From: Thermoanaerobaculia bacterium
Lineage (GTDB): Bacteria; Acidobacteriota; Thermoanaerobaculia; Multivoradales; UBA5704
Direction of reading: 5' to 3'
DNA length: 64,000 nt
Assembly (NCBI GenBank): GCA_044226625.1
Contig: JBGAGQ010000026.1
Location: forward strand, 13,775-77,774
The number at the start of each line of letters is the position of its first letter. Positions within the stretch are counted from its first letter, which is position 1. A program made the translations under genes and the position numbers. The notes below the pieces were generated by a model that worked only from the letters and a program-made list of their open reading frames with translations, had not been told where the DNA came from and searched no databases. Of this stretch, positions 25,261-34,776 are shown in pieces.

Positions 25261-27309
25261 ATGTTTTCCATTGACCCCCCGCAGCAGAGTCTCGTCGTGC
25301 GCCGCCGCCGTCCCGCTCGGGTCGGCCTCGCCCTGTCCGCTCTCTTCGTCCTCGCCGCCGGAGCGGTCGCCCAAGGGGTGACGTTCCGCGACATCGCGAA
25401 CGCGGACCATGGCGTCACCTACCGGCGCACTCCGTCGGCCGACAACGCGGTCGCCGAGGCGATCCGGCAGAAAGGTACGACGAGCAAGTTCGAGGTCCTG
25501 CTCGGACCGATCAAGGAACGCGGCGCGCCGGGCGTGGCGCTGCTCGACTTCGACCGTGACGGCGACCTCGACATCTACGTGACCAACGGTCCCGGCCACG
25601 CCAACAGTCTCTATTCGAACCAGCTCAAGGAAACCGGCGCGATCCGCTTCCGCGACGTGGCGCGCCAGGTGGGCGCGGGCCTCGCGGATCAGGACTCGAC
25701 CGGCGTCTGCTTCGGCGACATCGACAACGACGGCGACGAGGACCTCTACGTCCTCGGCGCGCACATGCCGAACCACCTGCTCGAGAACCGCGGCGGGCGC
25801 TTCGTCGACATCACCGCGCACGCCGGCTTGGGCGCCGGCAGCTTCAACCATTCGTCGTGCGCGATGAGCGATCTCAATGGCGACGGCCGCCTCGACCTCT
25901 TCATCGGCAACACGTTCGACTGGCACACCAAGATGGCGATCATGGTCGAGCCGTTCGCGCTCAACCAGCCGAACCAGCTGTTCCTGAACCGGGGCGGCCG
26001 GCGATTCCGCGACGTCTCGGCGACCGCGGGCATCCAGGGCGCGGTGAACGACATCTCTTGGGCCGTGGCGCTGTTCGACTACGACGCCGACGGCGACGAC
26101 GACATCTTCGTCGCGAACGACCAGGGGGCGATCCCGCCCGCCCGTTACGGCGGCGTCGACCGCGGCTTCGTCCGCACCTATAAGAACGACGGCCACGCCC
26201 GCTTCACCGAGGTGACCGAGCAGACCGGCCTGGGCAAGCCCGAGAGCCACATGGGCTTCGCGGTCGCCGACTTCGACGGCGACGGCACGCTCGACCTCGC
26301 GATCTCGAACATCGGCGACTACATCGAGCCGTTCTTCGGCATCCCCTACACGCTCGGCGACCAGACGCAGCGCTGGTTCCTGAACAACGGCGACGGCACG
26401 TTCCGCGATCCGGGCGTGGGCGACGCGCTCGTCTCCTCCGGCTGGAGCTGGGGCATCTCGCCGCTCGACTACGACAACGACGGCGACTTCGATTACGTCG
26501 GGCTCGGCGGCTTCGACATGTCGCTGATCGTCGACGAATCGAACCCCGGTCCGATCCTGGTCAACGACGGCCAGGCGCACTTCACCGCCGATCTCGCGCT
26601 CGACGCCGACCACGGCAGCCGCAACGATCACGGCGTCGCGGTGGGCGACCTCGACGGCAACGGCTTCGAGGACGTCGTCTCGGTGTCGATCGTCAACCGG
26701 CCGACGGCGCTGCCGCAGGCGCTCTATCCGTTCGAATACGGCGGCTATTTGGACGGCATCGCCGGCTTCGCTCCTGTCTGGTCGCTCACCGGCAACGGCG
26801 ACGAGGCGCGCTGGAGCGGACAGGTGATGGACAACGGCACGCTCGCGATCGAGCTCAACCTGGGCGGCAACGGCAAGCGCGGCGTCGACGTCGACGTGCT
26901 GGGCGCCGTCGGCCTCACCGACCACGGCAAGGTGAACCGCGACGGCATCGGCGCGATCGTCTCGTTCACGCCCGACGGCGGATCGAAAGCGACCCAGCCC
27001 GTCCTCGGCGGATCGAGCCTCGCGTCCGAAGACTCGCTCACCGCCCACTTCGGCCTCGGCGACGCGGCCGCGGGAACCGTCGAGGTCGTCTGGCCCGGCC
27101 GGGTGAAGAACCGCCTCTACGGCGTCACCGCCGGATCGAAAGTCCGCTTCCCCGAGATCCCGTGCAGCTTCGACACCGACCAGCCGCGCGGCGCCTATCG
27201 CGCCTGCGTCCTGAACGCGGTCAAGGACCTCCACCGCGCCAAGGCGATCGACCGCGCCGAGCGCGACCGCCTGTTCGCGAGCGCGCTGCGGGCATACGAC
27301 GAGCGCTGA
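25261..27309 (+). CDS. CRTAC1-family FG-GAP repeat / ASPIC-UnbV secreted protein
   Basis: Multiple D.D.DG..D repeats; NRDGIGA...HFGLG....V.WP C-terminal domain; signal peptide. Confidence 0.9.
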   Translation: MFSIDPPQQSLVVRRRRPARVGLALSALFVLAAGAVAQGVTFRDIANADHGVTYRRTPSADNAVAEAIRQKGTTSKFEVLLGPIKERGAPGVALLDFDRDGDLDIYVTNGPGHANSLYSNQLKETGAIRFRDVARQVGAGLADQDSTGVCFGDIDNDGDEDLYVLGAHMPNHLLENRGGRFVDITAHAGLGAGSFNHSSCAMSDLNGDGRLDLFIGNTFDWHTKMAIMVEPFALNQPNQLFLNRGGRRFRDVSATAGIQGAVNDISWAVALFDYDADGDDDIFVANDQGAIPPARYGGVDRGFVRTYKNDGHARFTEVTEQTGLGKPESHMGFAVADFDGDGTLDLAISNIGDYIEPFFGIPYTLGDQTQRWFLNNGDGTFRDPGVGDALVSSGWSWGISPLDYDNDGDFDYVGLGGFDMSLIVDESNPGPILVNDGQAHFTADLALDADHGSRNDHGVAVGDLDGNGFEDVVSVSIVNRPTALPQALYPFEYGGYLDGIAGFAPVWSLTGNGDEARWSGQVMDNGTLAIELNLGGNGKRGVDVDVLGAVGLTDHGKVNRDGIGAIVSFTPDGGSKATQPVLGGSSLASEDSLTAHFGLGDAAAGTVEVVWPGRVKNRLYGVTAGSKVRFPEIPCSFDTDQPRGAYRACVLNAVKDLHRAKAIDRAERDRLFASALRAYDER

Positions 27310-27327
27310 CGCTTCTCGATAGGAATC

Positions 27328-27378
27328 AACGAGAAGGCCCGAGTCCGGCGTGCTAGCCGGGCTCGGGCCTTTTTCGTT
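27328..27378 (+). terminator. Intrinsic terminator
   Basis: aaggcccgag.ccggc / gccgg.ctcgggcc followed by ttttt. Confidence 0.85.
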
Positions 27379-27448
27379 CCTCGGGGTGCGATACGATCGC
27401 CGCGCATCGGTCGATCCCCGTGGCCTCCCACTCCCCTCTCGAGTTCCC

Positions 27449-28213
27449 TTGCTGATCCTCGGCGCGCTCGCGGTCGGCCTGTCGCTCGGTTTGCTCGGTT
27501 CGGGAGGCTCGATCCTCACCGTGCCGATCCTCGTCTACGCGCTCGGCCAGGGAGATAAAGAAGCGATCGCCAGCTCGCTCGCGATCGTCGCGGGGATCAG
27601 CGCGCTCGCCGCGATCCCCTACGCCCTGCGTCGACAAGTCGCTTGGCGCAGCGTCCTGCTGTTCGGCGTTCCCGGAATGGTCGGCGCCTGGCTGGGCTCC
27701 CGCTTCGCGGCGGGCGTCCCGGGGGCGGTCCAGCTCACGATCTTCGCGGTCGTCATGCTCGCGGCGGCGCTCTTCATGCTGCGCGGGCCGAAGATGGCCG
27801 AAGCCGAAGAATCCCCCAGACCACGAGCGGGATGGAAAGTCGCGCTCGACGGCGCGGCGGTCGGCGCGCTCACCGGCCTCGTCGGCGTCGGCGGCGGCTT
27901 CCTGATCGTCCCCGCGCTCGTGCTGCTCGGCGGTTTGCCGATGTCGCTCGCGGTGGGGACCAGCCTGGTGATCATCGCGGGCAACGCCGCCACCGGATTC
28001 GTCGAGCACCTCGCCACCGTCCGCGCGCTCGGCATCGCGCTCGACGCGCGCGCGATCCTCACCTTCATCGCCCTCGGCGGCCTCGGTGCCCTCGCCGGCC
28101 ACACCGCCGGCCGGCGCTTGCCGCAGGCGACGCTGCGGCGAATCTTCGCGTGCGGCTTGCTCGCGCTCGGGGCTTACGTGCTCTGGCGGAATTTGCCGCT
28201 ACGGGTCGGGTGA
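27449..28213 (+). CDS. Sulfite exporter TauE/SafE family protein
   Basis: GLLGSGGSILTVP, GLVGVGGGFLIVPAL and AVGTSL motifs. Start moved downstream of the terminator. Confidence 0.9.
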   Translation: MLILGALAVGLSLGLLGSGGSILTVPILVYALGQGDKEAIASSLAIVAGISALAAIPYALRRQVAWRSVLLFGVPGMVGAWLGSRFAAGVPGAVQLTIFAVVMLAAALFMLRGPKMAEAEESPRPRAGWKVALDGAAVGALTGLVGVGGGFLIVPALVLLGGLPMSLAVGTSLVIIAGNAATGFVEHLATVRALGIALDARAILTFIALGGLGALAGHTAGRRLPQATLRRIFACGLLALGAYVLWRNLPLRVG

Positions 28214-29095
28214 GGAAACCGCTACCGGCCGCTTCAAAAGCTCGTCGAGGAATCGAAGCACGTGCGCCTCGTAGCCTTTCGAATCGAACCCCAGGAAGTC
28301 CTGATGCCGCGCCCCGCGCACGATCCAGAGCCGTTTCGGTGGTGCGGCGGCCGCGAAAAGCTGCTCTGACTCCGCGAGCGTCGTATGCCGATCGTCGCTC
28401 CCCGCGACGACGAGGACCGGCGCGCCCAACCGCGGAATGAACCGGATCGGCTCGAGATCCCGCGCGGCCACGTGAAGCCGGAGCGGCAGCTGCGCCGTCA
28501 GCAGCGGGGCGAGCACGGGAGCCAACGGGCCGAAGCGGATGCGAAGGCGGTTCTCGACGGCGCCCGCGATCCGCGGATAGACGGCTTCGAGCACCACGGC
28601 GTCGAAGCCGGAGGGCTGAGGTCCCAAGAGGATCGAGGCCCCGCCGAGCGAGCAGCCGATCACGCCGAGGCGTCGCCGCGGCTCTAACGCGCGAAGCCAT
28701 CGATAGGCCGAGCGCACGTCCGCCGCCTCGCGCAACCCGAACGTGATCGCCGAGCCGGGCGTCTCGCCGTGTCCCTGGAGATCGATCAGCAGGACCGAAT
28801 AGCCGTGCGCCGCAAGGAGCCGCGCGCGCGACGCCATGGAAGCGCGGTCGGCGCGAACGCCATGAAGGAGGAGAACAACGGGGCTCCCAGGTCCCGCGTC
28901 GTGCCAGCTCGCCGCGATCGCGTGACCGGAAGCGGCGATCGACAGGGGCAGGACCGCCAAATCGTTCGGCAACACGACCGGATGGTTGTTGGGACGCGAG
29001 AGCTGGCCACCCATCCACCAGGAAACGGCGAGACCCAGGGTCGCGAGCGTGGCGACGGTCGCGAGGGCGCGCTTGGATCGGTTCGAAAGCCTCAC
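28199..29095 (-). CDS. Alpha/beta hydrolase
   Basis: LLHG, DLQGHGE, GCSLG nucleophile elbow, G..D and GA.H; N-terminal anchor. Confidence 0.88.
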   Translation of the reverse strand: MRLSNRSKRALATVATLATLGLAVSWWMGGQLSRPNNHPVVLPNDLAVLPLSIAASGHAIAASWHDAGPGSPVVLLLHGVRADRASMASRARLLAAHGYSVLLIDLQGHGETPGSAITFGLREAADVRSAYRWLRALEPRRRLGVIGCSLGGASILLGPQPSGFDAVVLEAVYPRIAGAVENRLRIRFGPLAPVLAPLLTAQLPLRLHVAARDLEPIRFIPRLGAPVLVVAGSDDRHTTLAESEQLFAAAAPPKRLWIVRGARHQDFLGFDSKGYEAHVLRFLDELLKRPVAVSSPDP

Positions 29096-29125
29096 GGGAG
29101 CGATAGGGCTTCGACCGTTGAGATC

Positions 29126-30247
29126 TCACGCCGCCGCGCTGCGGATCGCCGCATCGAGATCGCGCCAAAGATCTTCGGCGTCTTCGATGCCGACGCTCAA
29201 GCGAAGGAGCGACGGCGGCAGGTGCTCCTGCCCCGGAACCGCGGCCCTGCGCTCCATCGTCGATTCGACCGCCCCGAGGCTCGTCGCGTGGCGGATGAGG
29301 CGAACGTTCGCGCAGACGGCGTCCGCCGTTTCGCTTCCCCCCTTGAGATCGAACGAGATCACGGTGCCGAATCCGCGGAGGGCGCGTCGAGCGATCGCGT
29401 GGGTCGGGTGCGAAGGCAGCCCCGGGTAGCGGACGCGCGCGACGAACGGATGCGCTTCGAGCCGTTCGGCGAGGAGCATCGCCGTCTTTTGGGCGCGCTC
29501 CAGCCGGAGGGCGAGCGTGCGCGCGCCGCGCAGGGCGAGGAAGGATTCGAAGACCCCCGGCGTCGCCCCGGCGAGCTCGCGCGACCTGCGCAGGGCGTGC
29601 CAAAGCGATTCGTCGGTCGTCGTCGCGAGGCCCGAAAGCAGATCCGAATGGCCGCCGATGAACTTGGTCGCCGATTGGATCGACACCGTGGCCCCGAGGC
29701 GAAGCGGCTGCTGGTTGAGCGGCGTGGCGAAGGTGTTGTCGACCGCGACGATCGCCCCCGGTTTCCTCGGCGCGGCGCAGATCGCCTCGAGGTCGGCGAC
29801 CGCGAGCAACGGGTTCGACGGCGATTCGAGCCAGATCAGGTCGGCTTCGCCGCACGCGCGCTGGAAGCCGGTGGTGTCATCGACGGCCAAGCGCCGCACC
29901 GACCATTGCCCCTTCTCCGCGCCCTGCCGCGCGAGCCCCGCAACCCCTTGATAGCAGTCGTCCGGAAGGACCACGACGGCACTGCCAGGTAGCTGGTCGA
30001 ACACCGCGGCGATCGCCGCCATGCCCGAAGCGAAGGCGACCGCGCGCCCCCCTTCGAGCCCGCCGACCAGCTCTTCGAGGGCGTCCCAGGTCGGCGTTCC
30101 GTCGTCCCGAGAGTAGGCCCGCTCGCCGCCGAGAATGAAGTTCGAAGCCGGAATCGGCGGCACGTTGAGAGGCGCGCCGGGCGTCGCGTCGCGCCCGGCG
30201 GCGACGAGCCAGGATTCCGGTTGGAGGTCGGTGGGAGCGTGATCCAT
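29126..30247 (-). CDS. PLP-dependent trans-sulfuration enzyme (cystathionine gamma-synthase/lyase family)
   Basis: FASGMAA, ESPSNP, VDNTFATP, SATKFIGGHSD, TSLG.VES and LRLSVGIE. Confidence 0.93.
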   Translation of the reverse strand: MDHAPTDLQPESWLVAAGRDATPGAPLNVPPIPASNFILGGERAYSRDDGTPTWDALEELVGGLEGGRAVAFASGMAAIAAVFDQLPGSAVVVLPDDCYQGVAGLARQGAEKGQWSVRRLAVDDTTGFQRACGEADLIWLESPSNPLLAVADLEAICAAPRKPGAIVAVDNTFATPLNQQPLRLGATVSIQSATKFIGGHSDLLSGLATTTDESLWHALRRSRELAGATPGVFESFLALRGARTLALRLERAQKTAMLLAERLEAHPFVARVRYPGLPSHPTHAIARRALRGFGTVISFDLKGGSETADAVCANVRLIRHATSLGAVESTMERRAAVPGQEHLPPSLLRLSVGIEDAEDLWRDLDAAIRSAAA

Positions 30248-30309
30248 GGCAGTCCGCCTTCGAGGAGGAGTTGGCCCGAAACGAGCGCCGGGCGGCGCGG
30301 CCCGGCCTG

Positions 30310-31347
30310 TCAGTCGATGATCTCGATCGTCGCCGTCCCGCGCACGGTGCCGCCCTGGGCGGTGACGACGATCGTCGCGGGGCCGCGATAGGTCGTGGTC
30401 CCGGCGAGGAAGGTCGCCGACGCGCTGCCGCTCGCGTTCACCGTCGAGATGTCGCGGAAGATCCCGATCTCGCGCCCCGAGGAATCGAAGGCTGTGAAGA
30501 TCGCCCCGGTGCCCGGGGTGACGTTGCCGAGGTCGCGCTGGAAGCTCGCCGTCACCGTCACCGGGTCGTCGAGACCGGTCTTCGCGGTGACCTTGCCGGC
30601 GGTCGAGACGAGGATCCGATCGGGCAGCGCGCGGACGAACGTGATGCTCGCCTGGCGGGTCACCTGGTTCGCGGTCGCCATGACGAGGCCGGTGCCGATC
30701 GCACCCGGGCTCACCAGCTCGACCGAAGCGCGGAACGAGCCGTCGATCGAGCGCGTCGCGGTGCTCGCGTTCTCCGGCGCGAACAGGCCCCCCGAGGTGG
30801 TGAACGTCACCTGCGTGCCGAGCGGCAGCGAGGGCGAGACCTCGACCGTGAATAGCGACTTGCTCGCGCCGTCGGCCGGCGCGTTCGGCGGGCTCGCGAC
30901 GAAGCGGATGACGCCGTTGACGTCCGCCGTGGTGAACGCCACCGCGACCGAACGCGAGAGGCCGGGGACCTCTTTGACCCGCGCCGCCACCACCGCGGGG
31001 CCGACCTGCTGCGCGCTCACCAGCTCGATCGTGGCGACGCCGGTGCCGTCGGCCGCGACTTCCCGTTCCCCCGGCAGCGTCGAAGGGTTGCCGCCCGAGA
31101 GCGTTCCGCCCGTGGTCGAGAAGATCACCGTCCGCTTGTTGAGATCGGCGCGCGGATCGAGCTGCGCCACCAGCCGGAGCCGCGACACGCCGTCGGCCGG
31201 AATCGCCGTCACACCGCCTACCACCCCGAGCGAAAACGACTCTTCGATGACCGCGGGGGGCTCGAAGTCGCTCTGCTTGTAGCAGCCCTGGGCGATCAGG
31301 GCGAGGAGTCCGAAGAGACCGAGGGCGAGCGGGACGATACGGCGCAT
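30310..31347 (-). CDS. Lipoprotein with tandem invasin/Big_1-like Ig domains
   Basis: Lipobox AQGC; repeated (I/A)PADG.S...; V.F.T..G.L and DG.G.A...L.S motifs. Confidence 0.8.
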   Translation of the reverse strand: MRRIVPLALGLFGLLALIAQGCYKQSDFEPPAVIEESFSLGVVGGVTAIPADGVSRLRLVAQLDPRADLNKRTVIFSTTGGTLSGGNPSTLPGEREVAADGTGVATIELVSAQQVGPAVVAARVKEVPGLSRSVAVAFTTADVNGVIRFVASPPNAPADGASKSLFTVEVSPSLPLGTQVTFTTSGGLFAPENASTATRSIDGSFRASVELVSPGAIGTGLVMATANQVTRQASITFVRALPDRILVSTAGKVTAKTGLDDPVTVTASFQRDLGNVTPGTGAIFTAFDSSGREIGIFRDISTVNASGSASATFLAGTTTYRGPATIVVTAQGGTVRGTATIEIID

Positions 31348-31372
31348 GGTTCGCGTCCTCAGGAGAAAAGCC

Positions 31373-31729
31373 TCAATCGCTCTCGATCTGGACCAGGACG
31401 AGATCCGGCTGCGAGATGCCGAGCGAATCGGTGATCGTCTGATCGATTTGGACCAGCTCGATCGGCCCCTTGCCGGTGCCGATCACGAGCTCGATCCGGT
31501 CCCGGCAGATCTGGTCGGTGTTGCCGACCGTCTCGGTGCGGTCGAAGGTCTTCGACGGTGGATCGTCGCCGTCCTGGAACCAGATCTGATGATCGGCCGC
31601 GAGCTGGTAACGAATCGTGATCGGCTCCGAGGCGAGCGTGCTCTTGAGCGTCTGGACGAGCTCGATACGTTTCGGAATGGAGGTCGGATTCGGGGAGGCC
31701 GAGAGGTTCTTTCGAATCAAGATCGCCAT
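31373..31729 (-). CDS. Hypothetical beta-rich protein
   Basis: 118 aa with GAGGAG RBS, co-oriented within the operon. Confidence 0.65.
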   Translation of the reverse strand: MAILIRKNLSASPNPTSIPKRIELVQTLKSTLASEPITIRYQLAADHQIWFQDGDDPPSKTFDRTETVGNTDQICRDRIELVIGTGKGPIELVQIDQTITDSLGISQPDLVLVQIESD

Positions 31730-31766
31730 GGGCTTGCCGTTTCTCCTCGAAGCGCGGGCCCGCGCG

Positions 31767-33512
31767 CTACTGGCCCGGGAACAGACCGCCCAGTCCGCCT
31801 TTGAAGGCGCGGGCGACGTTGAGATCGAAAGACACCGTGAAGTAATAGGAAACGGCGGTCTCGAACTTCGTGATCAGAGGGCTCGGATCGTCTTTCTTGA
31901 ACACGAGCGCTCCGGCGCCGAACCGGATCATGTCGGTGATCCGAAGCCCCGCGCCGATCAGCATCGACTGGCTGCCGAACAGGTCCTCCCGCGTCTGCTG
32001 CTCCCCGTCGCCGCCGTCGGCGAGACTCTGGACCGTGAGACCGAGCGTGAAGGCGAACCGCCGCCCGAGCGTCTGGCGGAAGCTCCCGAGCTGGCGCAGC
32101 GGCGCGTTCTTGTTCACCGGCCGCAGGTAGAGGTTGACGCCGATGTAGGAGACCACGGCGTCGAGCTCCGGCGCGCCGACCAGGCCGGCGTCGGCGCTCA
32201 CGTAATAGTTCTGGAAGGTCTCGAACGTTCCGGTGCTCGACGCGTCGACCACCTGGGCGCCGACCGCCCGAAGCGCCACCTCGGCGGCAAGCAGGTCGAG
32301 CGAGTTGGCGCGCGCGGCGAGGCTCGCCTGGATCGACGTGGCGATCGACGAGAGCGTCGCGGCCTGCGCGCTCGCCCGCGCCGCGGCGCCCTGCGGCGTC
32401 GAGAGGGCCGCGAGCGCGGTGCGCTCCTCGTCCGTCATCTCGACCCCTCCCGGGCTCGCGGCCCGCGAGGTGAGATCGGCGAATCCCGAAAGCGCCTGGG
32501 CGAGCGCCTCGTAGCGGCCGGCGATCGCCCCCGCGGTCGCGGGATCGAGGGTCGCGTCGAGCGTCTCGCCTTCGGCCGACGCGGGGTCGAGCCCCTGGGC
32601 GACGCGGGCGAGCGCGTCGGGCGACAGCGCGAGCGCGTCGAGCAACGGCCGGAACGAGTTCGACAGGGCGGCGAGGTTCGGGTCGGAAGGGGCGGCGAGC
32701 GCCGCGGTGAGGCGACCGACGGCCGGATCGGCCGCGAGCGCCCGGAGCCCTTGGGCGAGGTCGAACTGGAGCGTGCCGTAGGTGACGAGCGAGGCGTTAC
32801 GCCGCAGCTGCGGCTCGAGCACCTGGCGGATCCTGCCGTTGAAACGGTCGGCGAGGTCGTTGTGCGGCGTGCGCGAATCGAACAGGGTCCCGGGCGCGAG
32901 CGCCTGGTCCGAGCGCAGCTGGGTGAGCAGGGCCGCGAGCAGCTTCTTCCGCAGGTCTTCGCTCTCCTCGGCGGTGAGGTCGCCCCGCGTCACCCGGGCG
33001 AGCGCGGAGTCGAGCGCGTCGCGCGCGATCGGCCGAAAGGCGGCAGCCACCTCGGGCGAGACCTCCGATTCGCTCTTGAAACAGAACGCGTAGTAGCGCT
33101 GCGCCTCGAGCCGCGGGATCACCGCGCGGAACGTCGTGCCGTCGATCCGGCCGTCGATCGGCTCGGCGGGGAGCCAGCCGCCGCAGTCCCGGGCCTTACG
33201 CGACGAGGGCGCGTTGGCGACGCGGCAGTCGTTGTCGACGACGGGGGGATTCTTCGGATCGCAGACGTACTGGAGGGTCACCCGCTTCGCGCCCGGTCCG
33301 AGCGCGCCGCAGAACCGAATCGGCACGTCGAACGGCAGCACGCGCGTGACGGTGCCGGCCTGGAGGTTTACGCCGACGTCGGCGAAGCCGGTGTCGTTCG
33401 GCGACGGAGCACAAGGGTCGTCGTTTTGCGCCGAGAGCGCGGCGGCCGCGCCGAGCCCGATCGCCAGCCCCACCACGACTCGCACGAGGCCGCTCCTCGA
33501 AACTGCCGCCAT
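31767..33512 (-). CDS. Secreted protein with Cys-containing N-domain, helical middle and putative C-terminal beta-barrel
   Basis: Signal peptide; alternating hydrophobic strands at the C-terminus (YIGVNLYL, FAFTLGLT, LIGAGLR, IRFGAGALVF, YYFTVSFDL). Confidence 0.7.
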   Translation of the reverse strand: MAAVSRSGLVRVVVGLAIGLGAAAALSAQNDDPCAPSPNDTGFADVGVNLQAGTVTRVLPFDVPIRFCGALGPGAKRVTLQYVCDPKNPPVVDNDCRVANAPSSRKARDCGGWLPAEPIDGRIDGTTFRAVIPRLEAQRYYAFCFKSESEVSPEVAAAFRPIARDALDSALARVTRGDLTAEESEDLRKKLLAALLTQLRSDQALAPGTLFDSRTPHNDLADRFNGRIRQVLEPQLRRNASLVTYGTLQFDLAQGLRALAADPAVGRLTAALAAPSDPNLAALSNSFRPLLDALALSPDALARVAQGLDPASAEGETLDATLDPATAGAIAGRYEALAQALSGFADLTSRAASPGGVEMTDEERTALAALSTPQGAAARASAQAATLSSIATSIQASLAARANSLDLLAAEVALRAVGAQVVDASSTGTFETFQNYYVSADAGLVGAPELDAVVSYIGVNLYLRPVNKNAPLRQLGSFRQTLGRRFAFTLGLTVQSLADGGDGEQQTREDLFGSQSMLIGAGLRITDMIRFGAGALVFKKDDPSPLITKFETAVSYYFTVSFDLNVARAFKGGLGGLFPGQ

Positions 33513-33552
33513 CGCCTCTCCTCCCGGCCGGAACGTCGAACTTTTGACGATG

Positions 33553-33945
33553 CTACCAGCTTCGCGCGGCGAGCGCGAAAAGGAGGAACCCGGCGATCAG
33601 GCCGAGGCCGCCGAGCGGCGTCACCGCGCCGAGGATCCGCGGGGCGCCCAGAGCAAGCGCGAAGACGGTGCCCGAAAAGACCGCAGTGCCGAGGGCGAGC
33701 GCCAGGCCCGCGGGGCGCGACAACCGGTGCGGTCTGGCGCCCGCCGCGAGGCCGAGAAGGATCAGCCCGAGCGAGCCGTACATCAGATAGCGCGCCGCCG
33801 TCTCCCAGAGCGAGAGCGCGTGGGCATCGAGCCGGTCGGCGAGGGCGTGGGCGCCGAACGCCCCCGCCATCACCGCCAGCGCCGCGCCGAACGCGCCCAC
33901 CGAGACCCACGGGTTCGGCGAGCCCCGTTCGGGCGAGGCGCTCAA
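33553..33945 (-). CDS. DUF423 (YgdD-like) membrane protein
   Basis: AGAFGAH, WETA..Y, FSG and GA.TP.GG motifs. Confidence 0.9.
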   Translation of the reverse strand: MSASPERGSPNPWVSVGAFGAALAVMAGAFGAHALADRLDAHALSLWETAARYLMYGSLGLILLGLAAGARPHRLSRPAGLALALGTAVFSGTVFALALGAPRILGAVTPLGGLGLIAGFLLFALAARSW

Positions 33946-34214
33946 GCGAGCTCGCCCAGCGGCCGGATCGCGGTCACGCTCTCGTTCGGGATCAGGATCC
34001 GGTCGAACTTCTTCCAGATGCCGAACTTCGCCGCGCTCGCGAGGTACTGGTCCCGCGGCGTCGCGTCCCCGTCGCGGTGGACGTCGGCGTCGTGGAGGAT
34101 GACGCCGCGGTCGGTCACGTCATCGCAGCGGCCGACGAACAGGTCGGGGCCGCTGGTTTCGACCACCACCGTGATGCCGTGGAGAGGGCTCTTGCCCTGA
34201 TGAAAAGTCCCCAT
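33942..34214 (-). CDS. Small hypothetical protein, Sm/LSm-like pattern
   Basis: 90 aa: G..VVV.T......GR....V.L.DA and I.IP...V..I; coupled to its neighbours. Confidence 0.6.
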   Translation of the reverse strand: MGTFHQGKSPLHGITVVVETSGPDLFVGRCDDVTDRGVILHDADVHRDGDATPRDQYLASAAKFGIWKKFDRILIPNESVTAIRPLGELA

Positions 34215-34229
34215 GCGGAGGGCGTATCG

Positions 34230-34658
34230 TCAGGCCGGGACCGCGCGATGCTCGGCGAACGCGTTCGTCAGGTCGGCCGCGACCTGATCGGCCGAGCGCC
34301 CTTCGATCCGATGCCGCGGGAGGAAATAGACCAACTCGCCGTCCTTGAAGTAGGCGATCGACGGGCTGCTCGGCGGAATCTGCCCGAAATACGAGCGGGC
34401 GCGAGCGGTCGCCTCGAGGTCCTGGCCGGCGAAGACGGTCGCCACGCGGTCGGGGCGCTCCTCGCCCGCGATCGCCTGGCGCACGCCCGGGCGCGCCATG
34501 CCGGCGGCGCAGCCGCACACCGAGTTGATGACCAGCAGCTTCGTGCCGGTCTTGTCGTTCATCCACTGGTCCACCTGGTCGGCGGTGAGCAACTCTTCCA
34601 CTCCGATCGAGGTCAGCTCCTCGCGCATCGGCCGGACGAGAAGGGGGCTGTAAGGCAT
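34230..34658 (-). CDS. BrxA/BrxB-family bacilliredoxin
   Basis: PMREELT, NSVCGCAAG.ARP, TVFAGQD.EAT..AR, PPSSPS and RH.IEG. Start ATG 34658. Confidence 0.93.
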   Translation of the reverse strand: MPYSPLLVRPMREELTSIGVEELLTADQVDQWMNDKTGTKLLVINSVCGCAAGMARPGVRQAIAGEERPDRVATVFAGQDLEATARARSYFGQIPPSSPSIAYFKDGELVYFLPRHRIEGRSADQVAADLTNAFAEHRAVPA

Positions 34659-34776
34659 CGCGATGTCCTCCTGCGGGTCGCGGGCGCGCAACAGCGCGCC
34701 CGGTATGGGTCGTGATGATTCTAACGTCGAGCGGGCCGGTTGGATTCCGGGCTCTCGATCCGGGGGAAAACCTCGG

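Noticed and set aside
31617-34715. 1032-aa plus-strand ORF, and similar ones at 25213..27519, 40226..42397 and 57844..59769
   Set aside because: Antisense shadows of recognisable genes, with no motifs of their own.
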